The notes: a model not told the origin generated them from the letters alone. A stretch of 64,000 bases of DNA from Geosiphon pyriformis uo1 (GCA_016748015.1 JAAOMT010000741.1:62001-126000), one strand, 5' to 3'; positions 14,111 through 26,570 are shown, counted from the first letter of the stretch. Program-made: numbers and translations.

Positions 14111-17100
14111 AAGTTTTTTTATTATTATTTATTTTGTATTTTATATTTTATGTATATATATAATTAAAATACAACTAAAACTTTTGAAGAATTATTATAT
14201 AATTAAATAATTTTTTATTAACTTTATTACTAAAAATATTTATTATCAATATTATATTTAATTTAAAACTTATAAATTATTTTATGCAATTTGATCAATT
14301 TATTTTTAAAAGTAATAATATTTTTTTAAATTACAAAATTTTTTTTTCTAATTTAATATACAAAACAAAAAAAATACCAAACAATTTTTTTTTTATTATG
14401 CATTTAATAAATAAAGCCCAACTATTATCTAGTACATAGAACCAAATTAAGTAAATCAAACTAAATGCAATTCATGTACTTATTACATGTGGCCAGCCAC
14501 TTAGGCCAACCAAGACTACACTACATATCTATGTGAACACACATATTACTACTTAAACTAAAAAAAAATGACATATTTTGTGCCTACCAAAGCTAACTAC
14601 AAAAAATTCTATAATACCAAACATATGAATTATCTTATTGGATAATATAGACACCAAACACAGAAATAGGTCCAAAATTAAACTATCATCTTTGACTAAA
14701 CTAGTTTTCTCTATATCTATCCTATGTTTGGATTTAATAAATCATACCTTAACACAATGCAGCTTCACCACAAACTTGACATAATCAATGAGAGCCAGAA
14801 CAGCTATTTCTTTTTTTTTAAAGCACAAAACAACTTCAGCATACCAATTCCTTAAAACAAAGCTTTTGTAAATAGTGGTGTATAGACCCACATCTGAGGA
14901 ACATGACAAAAATAAATGCAAAATAGAAGATGAAGACAGACAAGAAAGATCTGTCAATCTCTTAATAGCTTTAGCCAAAATGTTTTCACAGAGACCAATG
15001 TCACTAAAATACGTAAAAGCATGATCAAACACTTCCATTTCATCATACAGCTAGCACAGCACTTCAAAATAACTCTTGTTATATAATCTTTTTTTAACTA
15101 CAACTGGCAGCCATTTATGCACTATTTTTATTAAATATGTTTGCATACTAGTCAACTTCTGGCTGGTAAATTCAGAAAACATGTGTGAATTTGGTTGCCA
15201 AACTTTTATAGTAGCTTTCCAATCTATTTTCTTAATTATAACACTTGAGACCACATTATAACCAGAGCCAGTCTCCCAATGGGCATAGCAAATCAACTGG
15301 TATATGTCATGCACAAAATAATAAGTATTATTAGATATGACAGTATTTTCAGCAACCAAAAACCATTTCTGAATTCCAACTGGCAAAGAAAAAAAAGAGG
15401 AGGTAGCTTCACTCACTAACACATCTATTCTAATATTGTCTAATACCCCTGAATGGCTCTTAACTTTTATTCAATTTATTAAAATGTTTTTATCCTTAAA
15501 AAGATTGACTATATACAATCACTTGATCCAACAATGATTACAAAAATTGGACACAGCTAATAAGACCTTAGACACACAAACGTTAATTACAGATTGGCTA
15601 TTAGAGTAAAGAACCACAGAACATAAAAATAGAATGCACTCCAAAGCCAGAGCAACAGCCTGCAACTTGGTCAAAGTGGAAGACAGAAGCCTATCTACTC
15701 TCATCCCAATACTTATATCTACTGCAGGAAAGTAAACAGTTATTTCACCCACCATTTCAGCCAAACCAGCACCCTTTAAAGACCTATCCATGTAAATTTT
15801 AATACAATCAGACCAAATCTCTAACAAACTATTACAGACTTCAGAAAACACCTTAAATTTCAAAACATTTACCACAGACATACCAGAAACTACAGCAGAC
15901 TTAACTCCCAAAGAAATGTTTCCAACCAAAAACTCAGATGCCAGCACAAACCAACAAGACACAGGACTCTTCAGATCCAACTTTTTTCACCATCAAAATG
16001 TTTTCTATTCCATCATCTTCTCTTTCTTGTTCAAGAGTCTGTTACCAAAAGCTATACCAAATCTCTTCAAAAATAGAACTGAATTATAGTACAAGAGCTG
16101 CTTCAAGATATAAGACATAAGAAATCTGTCAGATCCATGAAAAGCACTAGGTAGATTGTTTGCCAAAGACAACTCATTTTCTAAAAAAATTCTCATCACT
16201 CTAGCCAAAAAATTGTTCACTAGACTAACACATAACCTGACAGGAAACTGTAAAAAATTCAGAGGAGACCACTTCAGAACCTGCAAATTCAAAAACCTAT
16301 GCTCAAATAAACAACCAAAAATACCATGAGCATTGGAGAAAAAAATTAGTGCAGCCAGCTTTTTTTTAGATTGCACTTGCTCAAAAAGTTTCAAGCCATA
16401 TAATAATAGATAGTGCAAAACCTCATTGGAAAAGTCATGTAACAAACCAGTCTTGGCTTTAAGACTTTTCCTGACCATTATATCTCATTTGCAATATATA
16501 CTTGAAGAAATAAAATTAAACTGCATTCTATAATTAATAATTGGCTGCAAAACAGCCAAAACTAAATATGAAAATTGTTTATCTGTAATAGCTTTTTTTA
16601 ACACCACATTAGAAAAAAACTAAACATCTATATGAACTTGAGCCAAACTAAGTTTAAAAAAACTCTCAATAGATAAAAAAATTCCCAAGTATTTGTGTGC
16701 TTTACCCCTTTTAGCAATAAAGATTGGTGAGTCATTAATCAACAGAGAAGCAGACTTAACACCTTGATTAATTAGAATAGTCACTGTTTTGTTATTATTA
16801 ATCAAAATATCATTGACCTCAAAAAACTCACTAGCAATATTCAAAATGTATTGTGTAAAAGTCTAACAACTTCCAATCCAAATTGTATTATCAACAAAGA
16901 TGCTAGCTGCCAAAAAATAAGTCTTCCCATTAGTTGCTTCAATCCTGTCTAATCTTACCACAAATCTAATATCAATTCTGTATCTATACAAGTGCTTATG
17001 TCTCTTAATTTTACACAAGAGCAGATTATAGAAGATTCTTTAAAGAAGTGAAGAAAAGATCTTATCTTAATCCAAACTATTATGTACTTTATAGCTATTT

Positions 17101-17362
17101 AAAAATCCAAAAGCTGTCATCATCTTATTAATCCTGTTTTTATGAATGTTACCAAGGAACCTAATAAACTAATTACATATTTTAATATAATACAAGTTAG
17201 CCTTCAAATAATGTTAGCCTACCAAATCATAAGCTTTGTACATATCTTGTAATACCAGCCAGAGCTCTTTATTTTTCTCTAAAGCATTTTCTACAACTAA
17301 CCCAATGGCAAAAATAGGAAACTGGATTGAAATATCTTTTAATACTGAGAAGTTATCACTAT

Positions 17363-18209
17363 TGTTACAGATGATTATTTGAGGTTTCAAGTCAAATAAC
17401 AAATCTGTAACTTGGTGCTTAGTTGGTACTCAGGTGTTGATATCTGAAGGTTTTGATTGTGGAGTTTTTTGTATAATGGACAGAGATTTTAATTGATGGT
17501 TTTATCTGTAGCTTCCCGAAACTGCAGTTTTGTCAAATTTTTTTCTCAGCATGGTGGCCAGTAATCCTTCTGGTAAGCTATCCTCAAATCTATAAGTGTT
17601 CTACTCTTGTTTTACAGGTCTTTTACCAGTCACTATAACGTCTGTATCTCAGCACTTTTAATCCTCAATTGATTAATATACAACAATAAAAAAATCAAAA
17701 AAAGAAAAGAAAATAAAAGAAAAGAAAAATAAAAAAAGAAGCCAAGACAATGCACAAGTTAGTATTTCGTCAATAGCCATGATCAAGAGCTATTATTCTA
17801 GTGGGGTTAAGTATCAATTACTATCAACATAAAGTGTTGATAGTGAAAAGTGGATTGAGATAGTGAATAATTATTTATTGATATTTGTAATGTAAAAGAT
17901 TTCTAATTGATAGATTCTGCTCTTTCTACTTCTAATGCTACCACTATATATATATAATTGATATTCTACAAAATCGCTCACATTTTCGAGTGATGTGCTA
18001 TAATTTCTTGAGCAATGTGCTCTCATTTTCTAATATTGCTCCATATTGCTGAGCAATGTGCCGTGTTTTCTGACATTGCTCCACATTGCTAAGCAATATG
18101 CCATGATTTCTATCATTGCTCTATATTGCTGAGCAATATGCTCACGTACTACATACTATTCTCCTATTGGTCTACTATTTTCCTATATCTGTTTTTTCTA
18201 TAAGTAATA
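17363..18209 (-). repeat. 3' LTR of element C
   Basis: TGTTAC...GTAATA; direct repeat of 26626-27491; adjacent PPT. Confidence 0.93.
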
Positions 18210-18226
18210 TTATCTCCTCCTTTTTA
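18210..18226 (-). promoter_or_regulatory. Polypurine tract of element C
   Basis: Minus strand TAAAAAGGAGGAGATAA directly before the 3' LTR. Confidence 0.85.
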
Positions 18227-18229
18227 ATA

Positions 18230-18839
18230 TTAAGCTCCATCAAAATCTTCATTTTGAATTAATTCTAATACTTCTTTTTTAAGTATTGTTTGTTTGACTC
18301 TGTTTCTCACATTTTCTACTTGTGTATTGTTCATTCTTCCCCATTGGTTAATGGTTATGATTTCCATGTTAGAGTGTAACAGTACTTCTGGATAGTTTCG
18401 AAATATGTTGTATAATTGGTATATTGTTCTAACATGTAGTGTTGAATTTGTTTTCTTTCTGATAAATTCTTCAATTTGTTGTATTATGTTTTGGTTGAAT
18501 ATTCTCTTGGATTTGTCAATATACAACTCCTGAATATTCAACTTTTGACCTAACTGGTAGTAGCAATATAATATTAGAAGTTATTCTGTCTATTGCTTCC
18601 AATTTTCTTTCGTAAGCTCTTTTGTTGGTGCCATAACAGATTTTCCCAAAAGTGTTCTTCACTTTTTCTATTAAGTTATCTGTCCAGTTTTTATTGTTCT
18701 TTGGTAGTTGCTAGTATGGTGTATTCTTTGTTTTTCTTTGGTTGTTTTGATAGCAAATTATTTGGTTGTTAATAACAATTTCACTTAAGGTCTGGAATAA
18801 TTGTTGAGCTATAGTGTAAATATGATCTGGTATTTCCAT
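18230..18839 (-). pseudogene. Extra 3' ORF-X (~200 aa, unknown function) of element C
   Basis: Starts MEIPDHIYTIAQQ at ATG 18839 and ends DFDGA* next to the PPT. Homologous frames occur in elements F and G. Confidence 0.7.
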
Positions 18840-18894
18840 TTTTCTTGGTTGTTTTTGTCACGTATACTGTGTCTTTATATACTCTTCAGTTTGT

Positions 18895-20277
18895 TCAATT
18901 TGACGTGTTTGGTTCATTAATTATGATTGGTTCTAGATCTTGTGAAATCTTCTCTGGTTGAACTATTATTCTTTGTACTTCTAGTTGTGGAATGTTATTG
19001 GTAGATGATAATGCTTTCTGATGATATGGTTTTAGTCGATTACCATGTGCTGCTTTGGCTAAGATTTTGTTGTCCCATCTTAATTTATAAGCTCTATTTC
19101 CAAGAATTTTTTCTATGTGAAATGGTCCGTCCTATTTGGGGTCAAATTTTCCACTCCATTGTTTTTCTGCTTTAGTACGATGTAGAAGTACTTTGTCTCC
19201 AATCTTGAATTTAACTGGTTTGTCTGGTAGTTGGTTATTGTGTCTTTCTTTTTGTTTTTCTTGTGACTTTTGAATGTTATCAGCTGCTTTTTGTCACTTG
19301 TTTTCTAGAGTTTCCATCAAGTTATATGTTCTTCTTAGCAATGTTTCCTGAAAATTGTCTTTAGTTATTGGTTCTGTTGGATAAGTGTTGACTTCTATCT
19401 CAACTGGTAATGTTGCTGTTCTATCGTATACTAATTCAAATGGTGTTGCTTATGTAGTGTCTTGCTTTATTGTCCGATAAGCAAATAGTACTGATGATAT
19501 AAACAAATCCCATTCATCCTGGTTTTCTTGACTGATTTTGGCAACTGCTTCACACAGTATTCTATTGAATCTTTCAACTAGTCTATTGAGTTGTGGATGG
19601 TATGGTAATAACAATGGTCTTTTAACTCCAAATTTTTGACTTAATTCTGCCAGTGTTCTGTTCACAAAGTGAGTTCCTTGATCTGATAGTAGTTCTTTTG
19701 AACATCCATGTTAACAGATCAAATCTTGATGAACGAATTCAGCAATGGATTTTGCATCTGCTTTTTGAATGGCTTTTGCTTCTGGCCATTTAGTGAGATA
19801 ATTCATAGCTACTGCAATATATCTGTTGCCTCTGCTGGTGATTGTTAATGGTCCAACTAAGTCAATTCTAATGTAATTAAATGATTGTCCCACTTTGATT
19901 GGTCTTAATGGTTTACTGGGTCTTGTTTCTCTTCTTCTCTGACAAGCATCACAATTTTGAACATATTAAATAATGTCTGAATATATTGATGGCCAATAGT
20001 ATCTTTTTCTGGTTCTTTCTATGGTTGCTTCTTTATGAAAATATTCTGCTGTTAGATCTGAGTACATGTTGAATAATATTGTCTCTTTTTCTGGTTCTGT
20101 GATTACTTTGATTGGTTGATCTGAATTTCTTCTGTTCTTTTGGTAAAGTATATTTTGATAATTGATAAAATATTTTAATTGTTGTTTTATGTTGTTTTGT
20201 TCTTTTTGAGATAATTTTTTCTTGAATGATTGAGTATTTATATAATGTTGAAGTTGTTGGTATTTTTGTGTATTCAT
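18895..20277 (-). pseudogene. Integrase ORF of element C (~460 codons, own ATG)
   Basis: MNTQKY..., degenerate HHCC, IDLVGP, DQG, VERFN and GPF module. The 1383-nt span is a whole number of codons and contains internal point stops. Confidence 0.88.
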
Positions 20278-20307
20278 GTTTTGTTATATTTTTGGGTTGA
20301 AATGTTT

Positions 20308-23300
20308 TTAGATTTGTCTCATTTGCGACAATCCATTAGCATTTCTATTGTCTTTTTCTTTTTTATAATGTACTGTATAATTAAATGATGAAAGTTTTAT
20401 TTTCTATCTGGGATGGCAATCATTTACAAATTTTTGTTTCTGGATTGAAGTTAATCCCTTGTGATCCATATATATTTCAAACTTTTGGCTCAAGTATTCT
20501 CTTCATTTCATGACTGTCCAATAGATTGCTAAATGTTCCAGTGCTGGTGTTCCATAGTTTTTTTTGGCTGGACTTAAGCTTCTACTGGCATAAGCTACTG
20601 GATGTTTTCTTCTATCTGGTCTTTTTTGTGATAGTACTGCTCCTAATGCTTGACCTGATGCATCTGTAGTGATAATGAATGATTTGCTGTAGTCTGGATA
20701 CATTAACACTAGAGCTTGAATAAGCTTTCTTCTCAATGTGTTGAATGCTTTTTGTTGAGCTTTAGTTCATTCATACTTTACATTCTTGGTTTGTAGATGG
20801 TGAAGTGGCTGGGCTAGTTTAGAAAAGTCTTTAATAAAGTGGTGATAATAGCCTACAAATCCCAAAAATGCCCTTAGTTCTGACAAGTTTGTTGGTACTA
20901 AAAAGTTCTTTACTATTGCAATCTTATCTGGATCTATTTTGATATCATCTTTGCTTACCACATGTTCCAAAAACTTGAGCTCAGTTTTGCCAAAGAAGCA
21001 TTTGTTGGCATTTAGTTTCAATCCTGCTCATCTGAGTCTTTCAAATACTTGTTGAAGATAATGTAGATGGTTATTAAATGTCTTAAAAAATACATTTGTG
21101 TCATCTAAGTATCAACTACTGATTTTCATAATAGTCCAATATAGACAATTTCCATAAGTTGTTGGAATGTCGCTGAAGTGTTTATCAAACCAAATGACAT
21201 GACTTTAAATTCGAAATTCCCTTCTTTTGTCATGAATGCAGTCTTTTTTTTGTCAGCTGGGTCCATAGCTACTTGCCAGTAACCACTATCTAAATCTAGT
21301 GTTGAGAACCATTTATTTCCTCCAAAGACGTCGAATAGTTCTTGGATCTTTGGAGTTGGGTAGCTGTCTCCTTTGGTTACTCCATTCAATTTCCAGTAAT
21401 CTACACAAAAGCAAATTTTTCCATTCTTCTTCCGGACTAGTACCACTAATGACAACCATGGACTCATTGATGGCTGAATTAGCCTATTGTCAAGCATTCA
21501 ATTGATTTCTTGACAAATGATCTCATGCCTAGCTGGTGGTACTTTGTATGCTTTTTGCTTAATTGGCATTGTATCTTCAGTCTTGATCTAATGCTAGATA
21601 ATGTTGGTGCAGCCAAATTCATTTTTGCTTGCAAAGATGTTGTTGAAATTGCTGAGTAATATCTTTAGTTGCATTTGTTAGAGTGGGTCTAAATTCTCCA
21701 TGTTGATCTGTTCTAATTGTTCTGGTTGGAGTAAATAACATTCACTTTGTTCGTATATAGTCTATGATGTAATGTCTACATATCTGCAAAGCTATGGAAA
21801 GTTTGAAATGTGGTTTGGTAGTTGATTTTTAACTTCAGTGGTTAAATATTCAATGATAGTTCTTTTTGATATTTCAATGACATTTCCCATTGTGTTGTAA
21901 ATGAGAATTTTAATATTTTTGGGGCTTTTGGCTAATATGTAGAGATTTGTGAGTCTAATCTTTCCTGATTTGCAAATGGTGGCTTCTGCTTTAAACAATT
22001 GAGCTTGATTTTTTACTTCTCTTTTTATGGCTAGCATATACTGGTCATATGATGGAATGGAGATTGATTGATGGGTTGAGATAATTTCTTCTTTGTCAAT
22101 AACCTCTTCCTCTGCCATATTAACTGGTATGTTTATTCTACTCATTGATCCAAATCTCTGTATCCCTCTAGCAGTAATCCCTAATTCTTTCCTGTTTCTC
22201 ACTGACACTAATTGAGCTATTTTTACCAGAGGTAGGAATATTGCCTGTGCTATTTTTTTATTTAGATCTAGAGTATATGCTTTTTCTGAATCATTTTGTA
22301 GCATAGCAATAATATTTTCCACATATCCTGCATCAATTATCCCTCTTCTGATGTTTATCTCTTTTTTCGCTAAATTACTCCTGGATGCTAGTTGAACTAT
22401 TGTTGTTGCTGGAATTTTCAGTGCTATTTTTAGATCAATACAAGTGTGCAAATGTGGTTCCAATTTGATAGGATTTTTCTCCAGATATCTTAGATCAAAT
22501 CCTGCATTAGTATCATGTGCATGTTCAGGCATAATATCTTTATTATTATTGCTGAACCATTTCAGTTCTTGCTCCTTGGTAAGATTAAGGAGGGCAATAT
22601 ATGTTTTGGAGTTTGAATCAGAGTCCAAATTATTGTTATTTTCATTGTTGTTTTGAGCTGAGCTAGAACCAGTGTTTTTGTTGTTGTCATTGTCAGAGTT
22701 TGAATCGGGATTAAAAAATGATTCCGATTTTGATGCACAGTTACTAATTGGCTCTTTTTCCTCTGGGATTGTGTAGATTATGTGTGACAGTGGATTGTAA
22801 ATGAGGTCACACTCATTACAATATTGAAAGTCACATGAGATTAAACAGTGGTCACATAATTGAGTGTTGATTTCTTCCAAGTATTGCTTCTGCTCTTCTC
22901 TAGTGAATGCTAAATGCTGGTAGTATTCGTGAAATTCTTTTGGATTGTCCTCTATGTTGCCAAAGACATCAAAAGTTTGGATGTATTTAGGTTCAGGAAG
23001 AGACAAAGAGTTGTTTTTGATTTTTAGTAGTTCACTGGTTGTCATGCCTTCTGCTTTCACATACATCATTCTCCATAGTTTATTTTCATCGTGGAGATAT
23101 CCTTCTAATCATCACAATGTTCATTTCTAGGCATTGTTGATTGGTATTCTTTTGTTTACCTAATTGTTTATCAGTATAATGTACTGGTATGTCTCGTTGC
23201 ATGTTTCTTCATGCCCAGGAATGTCATTCCACATTCCTTCGTCAGATAGAATAGTTCCACATGTGAGACATGATTGGTTATCCCACTTTCTTTGTCATTT

Positions 23301-26300
23301 TGGTTGTCCAAAGTGCTTTATGACACATGGACAGCAGTAGAATCTTGTGGTCGTGAAGTATTCCTTATTGTTGCTACAGCATGCACCCATTGACGACAAT
23401 TTCTTGCCACAATTGATGCATTCCAATTTTGGTCAATGGTAATTGGATGATAGTAATGAAGTGTAAGCATCTGAACTATAAGTGCTGCTGGTAAGAGTGG
23501 TTTCTTCTTTTTTCTCCTTTCCCTTTCCCTTATCAGTTTTTTCCCATTCCCAGTTGGCTGGTTTGTCTTGGTTATTATCAGTTTTCCAGTTTTGGTCAGT
23601 ATTCTAGGTAAGTTCTTTGTTTTTCTTCCTTTTTTCTTTGTTATCCCAAGAAAGTATTGGTGGTAGCTCGTTATGGTCTTTGTTGGCCCAAGAGATTTGT
23701 TAGACTTCCCAGGTAGGTTTTTTTTTTCTTTCTCAAATTTGATAAGTGGAGCTAATGGCATAGTGATTGGCTTAAAGTGGCTACACGTGACAGGTACACA
23801 TGTGTGTTGACCGTTCTGGCTAATTTAAAGCTCCTGTGTATTCTAGTCAAGCAATATATTGGTTTTGGATAACCAATCATTACCAACTAGTACTTGGTAT
23901 TAGGTGGCTTCCATGATTAAGACTTTGATAAGAATAGTGATGCTGTTGACTTCTATAGGGAAGTTATCAATTTTACTGATAGGAGTTTTGGTTATTCCAT
24001 CAGTGATTATGATCCTGGTATTGGCAGCATGATCAACTCGATGACCTAATTGGTTCATGAGTTGTTTTGTAATGATGCTGCTAGCTGATTCACTATTTAG
24101 GATCAGTTTAATAAAGTGGCCATCAACTTTGGCATCCATGTACATTGCCATGATAGGTTTTTTCTCGAGTGTGGCTCCACTGAACAAAGGGGTTTCTGTC
24201 AGTTCCTCAATTTCGAAGGGAAATATTGCTGCTAGAAATTTGTCTTCCATGATAGTGGCTGGCAAAATATTGGTAAGTGGTTGCTTCTGGTTGGGTTCCT
24301 GAGTGTTGGGTGAGATGTCTTCTGTGGTAACCAAAAGACTTAAATAGTTTTGAGAACTCGGGTTTTGAGTATATCCAGTTCCTGAACTCCGCTGTTATGA
24401 TCCTGATGACTGGTTGGATGAACTGGGAATCAGTTGGTGAACAACCATTGCTGATCTCCAGTTTTGGGTAACTCTCGATCTAGGGTTTCTTGCTATCATT
24501 TGAGCTGGGTTTAATGGCAGTATTTGAACTGTAAGTGTCTAATAAATTATTTGTGGCTGTGGTAGTTGATATATTATTAGTGACTGTGGTTGATAAACTG
24601 GAGGTTAATATATGGGTGGTTGATATATTGGCTGTTGTATTATTGGCAAGTAAGTCGGTTAATATGGTGCTAAGTTGAATTGATAACTCAGAGTTGGGAA
24701 CTGGCAATTGGGGTTTCAATATTGATTTCCTGATCATAAGTTATTATTATAAAATTAGCAGTCGGCTTTAATGTGGCCTTGTTTACCACAATTATGGCAA
24801 ACACATGTCTCTTGTTGCCACAGCTGATTTGGAGATGATGATAAACATGACTGATTTTGGAAATGATTCATGTTTTCTGAATTATTGCATCATTGTGGTG
24901 GTTGATAAATTGTGTGATTGTCAGCTAAGTATTCTTCTAACGGAGAATTAAAAAAAGCACCTCAAACTCCAATTTCTGATTAATTAAATTACTGAATTGT
25001 TTCAATTTGGAATCCAATTCAGATAATCCATTCATCACTAGGTTAATGGCTTGGGCATGATTAGCTTCGAGTTTAGTTGCTTCAAAATCTTAGACATTAG
25101 TAACTACAGCTTGAAGGTTTGCTGAATGCATTGGACATATGCGTTGGAGGATGCTACTGCACAGGCCTTTAATAAATTGGTTTAGAATTTGGGGCACTGT
25201 AAAATAGTCAGTTTGGATTGCTTGAATCTGGTGCAGATTCCTATGGAAGCATTCTAAGTAAGTAGTGACTGCTTCATTTTCTTCTTGTTTGATAGTGGTG
25301 AAAGTATTTGCTAGCCAATTAATACTATTATTGTTGTTGAAGTATTGTAGAAATGCAAGCTTGAATGCAGCAAAATCTTGGAGTTTGTTAACCAAACTTT
25401 GATACCATGAATCGGCAGTATCTTGGAGAAAATAAGGAATGGTCTGCATGGCTCTAGCGTCATTCCAGTCATTGGCTATGATGGCTTTCTCCACATTGTT
25501 TAGCCACACTTGGGTGTCGTCTTCTTTGCTAGTGAATTTCTCAAGTTTTACTATCAGAGTGTAGGCCATTGGATTGATGTTTAGTTGTTGCAATTGTTGT
25601 TGCTGCTGTTGAAGCAGCTGCTGTGGTTGTTGAGATGGTTGAAGTAGCTGCTGTTGCTGTTCATTAATTGGTAGAGCTAGATTAATTACGATTACTGAAA
25701 GTAAGTGTTGTTAATTATTGATGTCAGGGTTGCGATTGTTCTGATTGTGCTGTATTTGGAAATTTGGAGTCTCAATTTCTGGATTTTTCAAATTTGGATT
25801 TTGCTGAGTCAGGAAATTTAGGGTTTCAATGTTCGGGTTTTCTGGGATTGGGTTCTGGTAAGTAAATTTTTGATCTTCAGATTCTTCTTCCTCTTTTTCT
25901 TGTTCTTCTTCCAAATCTGTTACTTCCTAGGGACTTGCAGTTCTAAAATCTGGTTGCAGTAGTGAAAATTGAAGTCCTGATAGCATTGAAGATTGTGACT
26001 TAAATTCTTTGAAATACATGCCATATGGTTTTAGAAGATCTTTTTTCTTTTGTTTACTCTGAAATGGGAATTGTCCAAAAGTTGATGTCGCATGTAATGT
26101 GAACACGTCTGTTGCTGTAATGTTAATGGCACTTCCAGGTGTATAGTAGTATGATGGATTTGTTGGTAATTCAATTCTGTGTTTCTTCCAAGTAGGTGAT
26201 TGAATCCATTGGAGTGTTACTGCTGGTGTTTGTAATTTTCTTTTGCCTTTATTGGCATAAGTGATTGGGTATTTTTGTTGTGTATGATGTTCAATTTCTT

Positions 26301-26570
26301 TATTAATTTCAGTGATAATGGATTTGAAATTATAATTTGTTGGTAAGCTGGTGTTTTGGATTAATTTGTGGTAAAAAGTTTTTCTCACTGATTCAGTGTT
26401 TACTGGTGTTCCTAACAAATAGGCAATTCTTTTGTTGACATAGAAATTGAAGGCTGATTCTGCTGATATCTGATTGTGGTTCAATCCCAAGTGTTAACAG
26501 TAGTGTTTAAATAAGGATTTTGTGAATCCTAAATGGTTTGCTCCTATACTTTCTGATTCTGCCACTGTTG
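20308..26570 (-). pseudogene. gag-protease-Cys-rich-dUTPase-RT-RNaseH polyprotein of element C
   Basis: Gag capsid-like 25090-25593, CCHC knuckle ~24770-24810, protease ~23760-24150, dUTPase ~22140-22545, RT ~20800-21620 (LDLDSGYWQ, YLDD), RNase H ending at TAA 20308-20310. Confidence 0.9.
22140..22545 (-). pseudogene. dUTPase domain in element C pol
   Basis: All five trimeric dUTPase motifs in order: AGFDL, ASRS, GIIDAGY, KIAQ, RGIQRFGS. Confidence 0.9.

Noticed and set aside
17975-18145. CRISPR-like array of palindromic repeats
   Set aside because: The 'spacers' are themselves copies of one sequence, the array lies inside LTRs, the DNA is eukaryotic, and no cas genes are present.
18230-18839. 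ORF-X as an envelope gene
   Set aside because: It is too short and shows no visible signal peptide, fusion peptide or transmembrane anchor.
24480-24737. Ser/Thr/Asn-rich alternative-frame ORF suggesting a gag-pol frameshift
   Set aside because: In element G the Gln/Pro/Tyr-rich frame links the zinc knuckle to the protease apart from CAA>TAA stops; the other frame stays open for compositional reasons.
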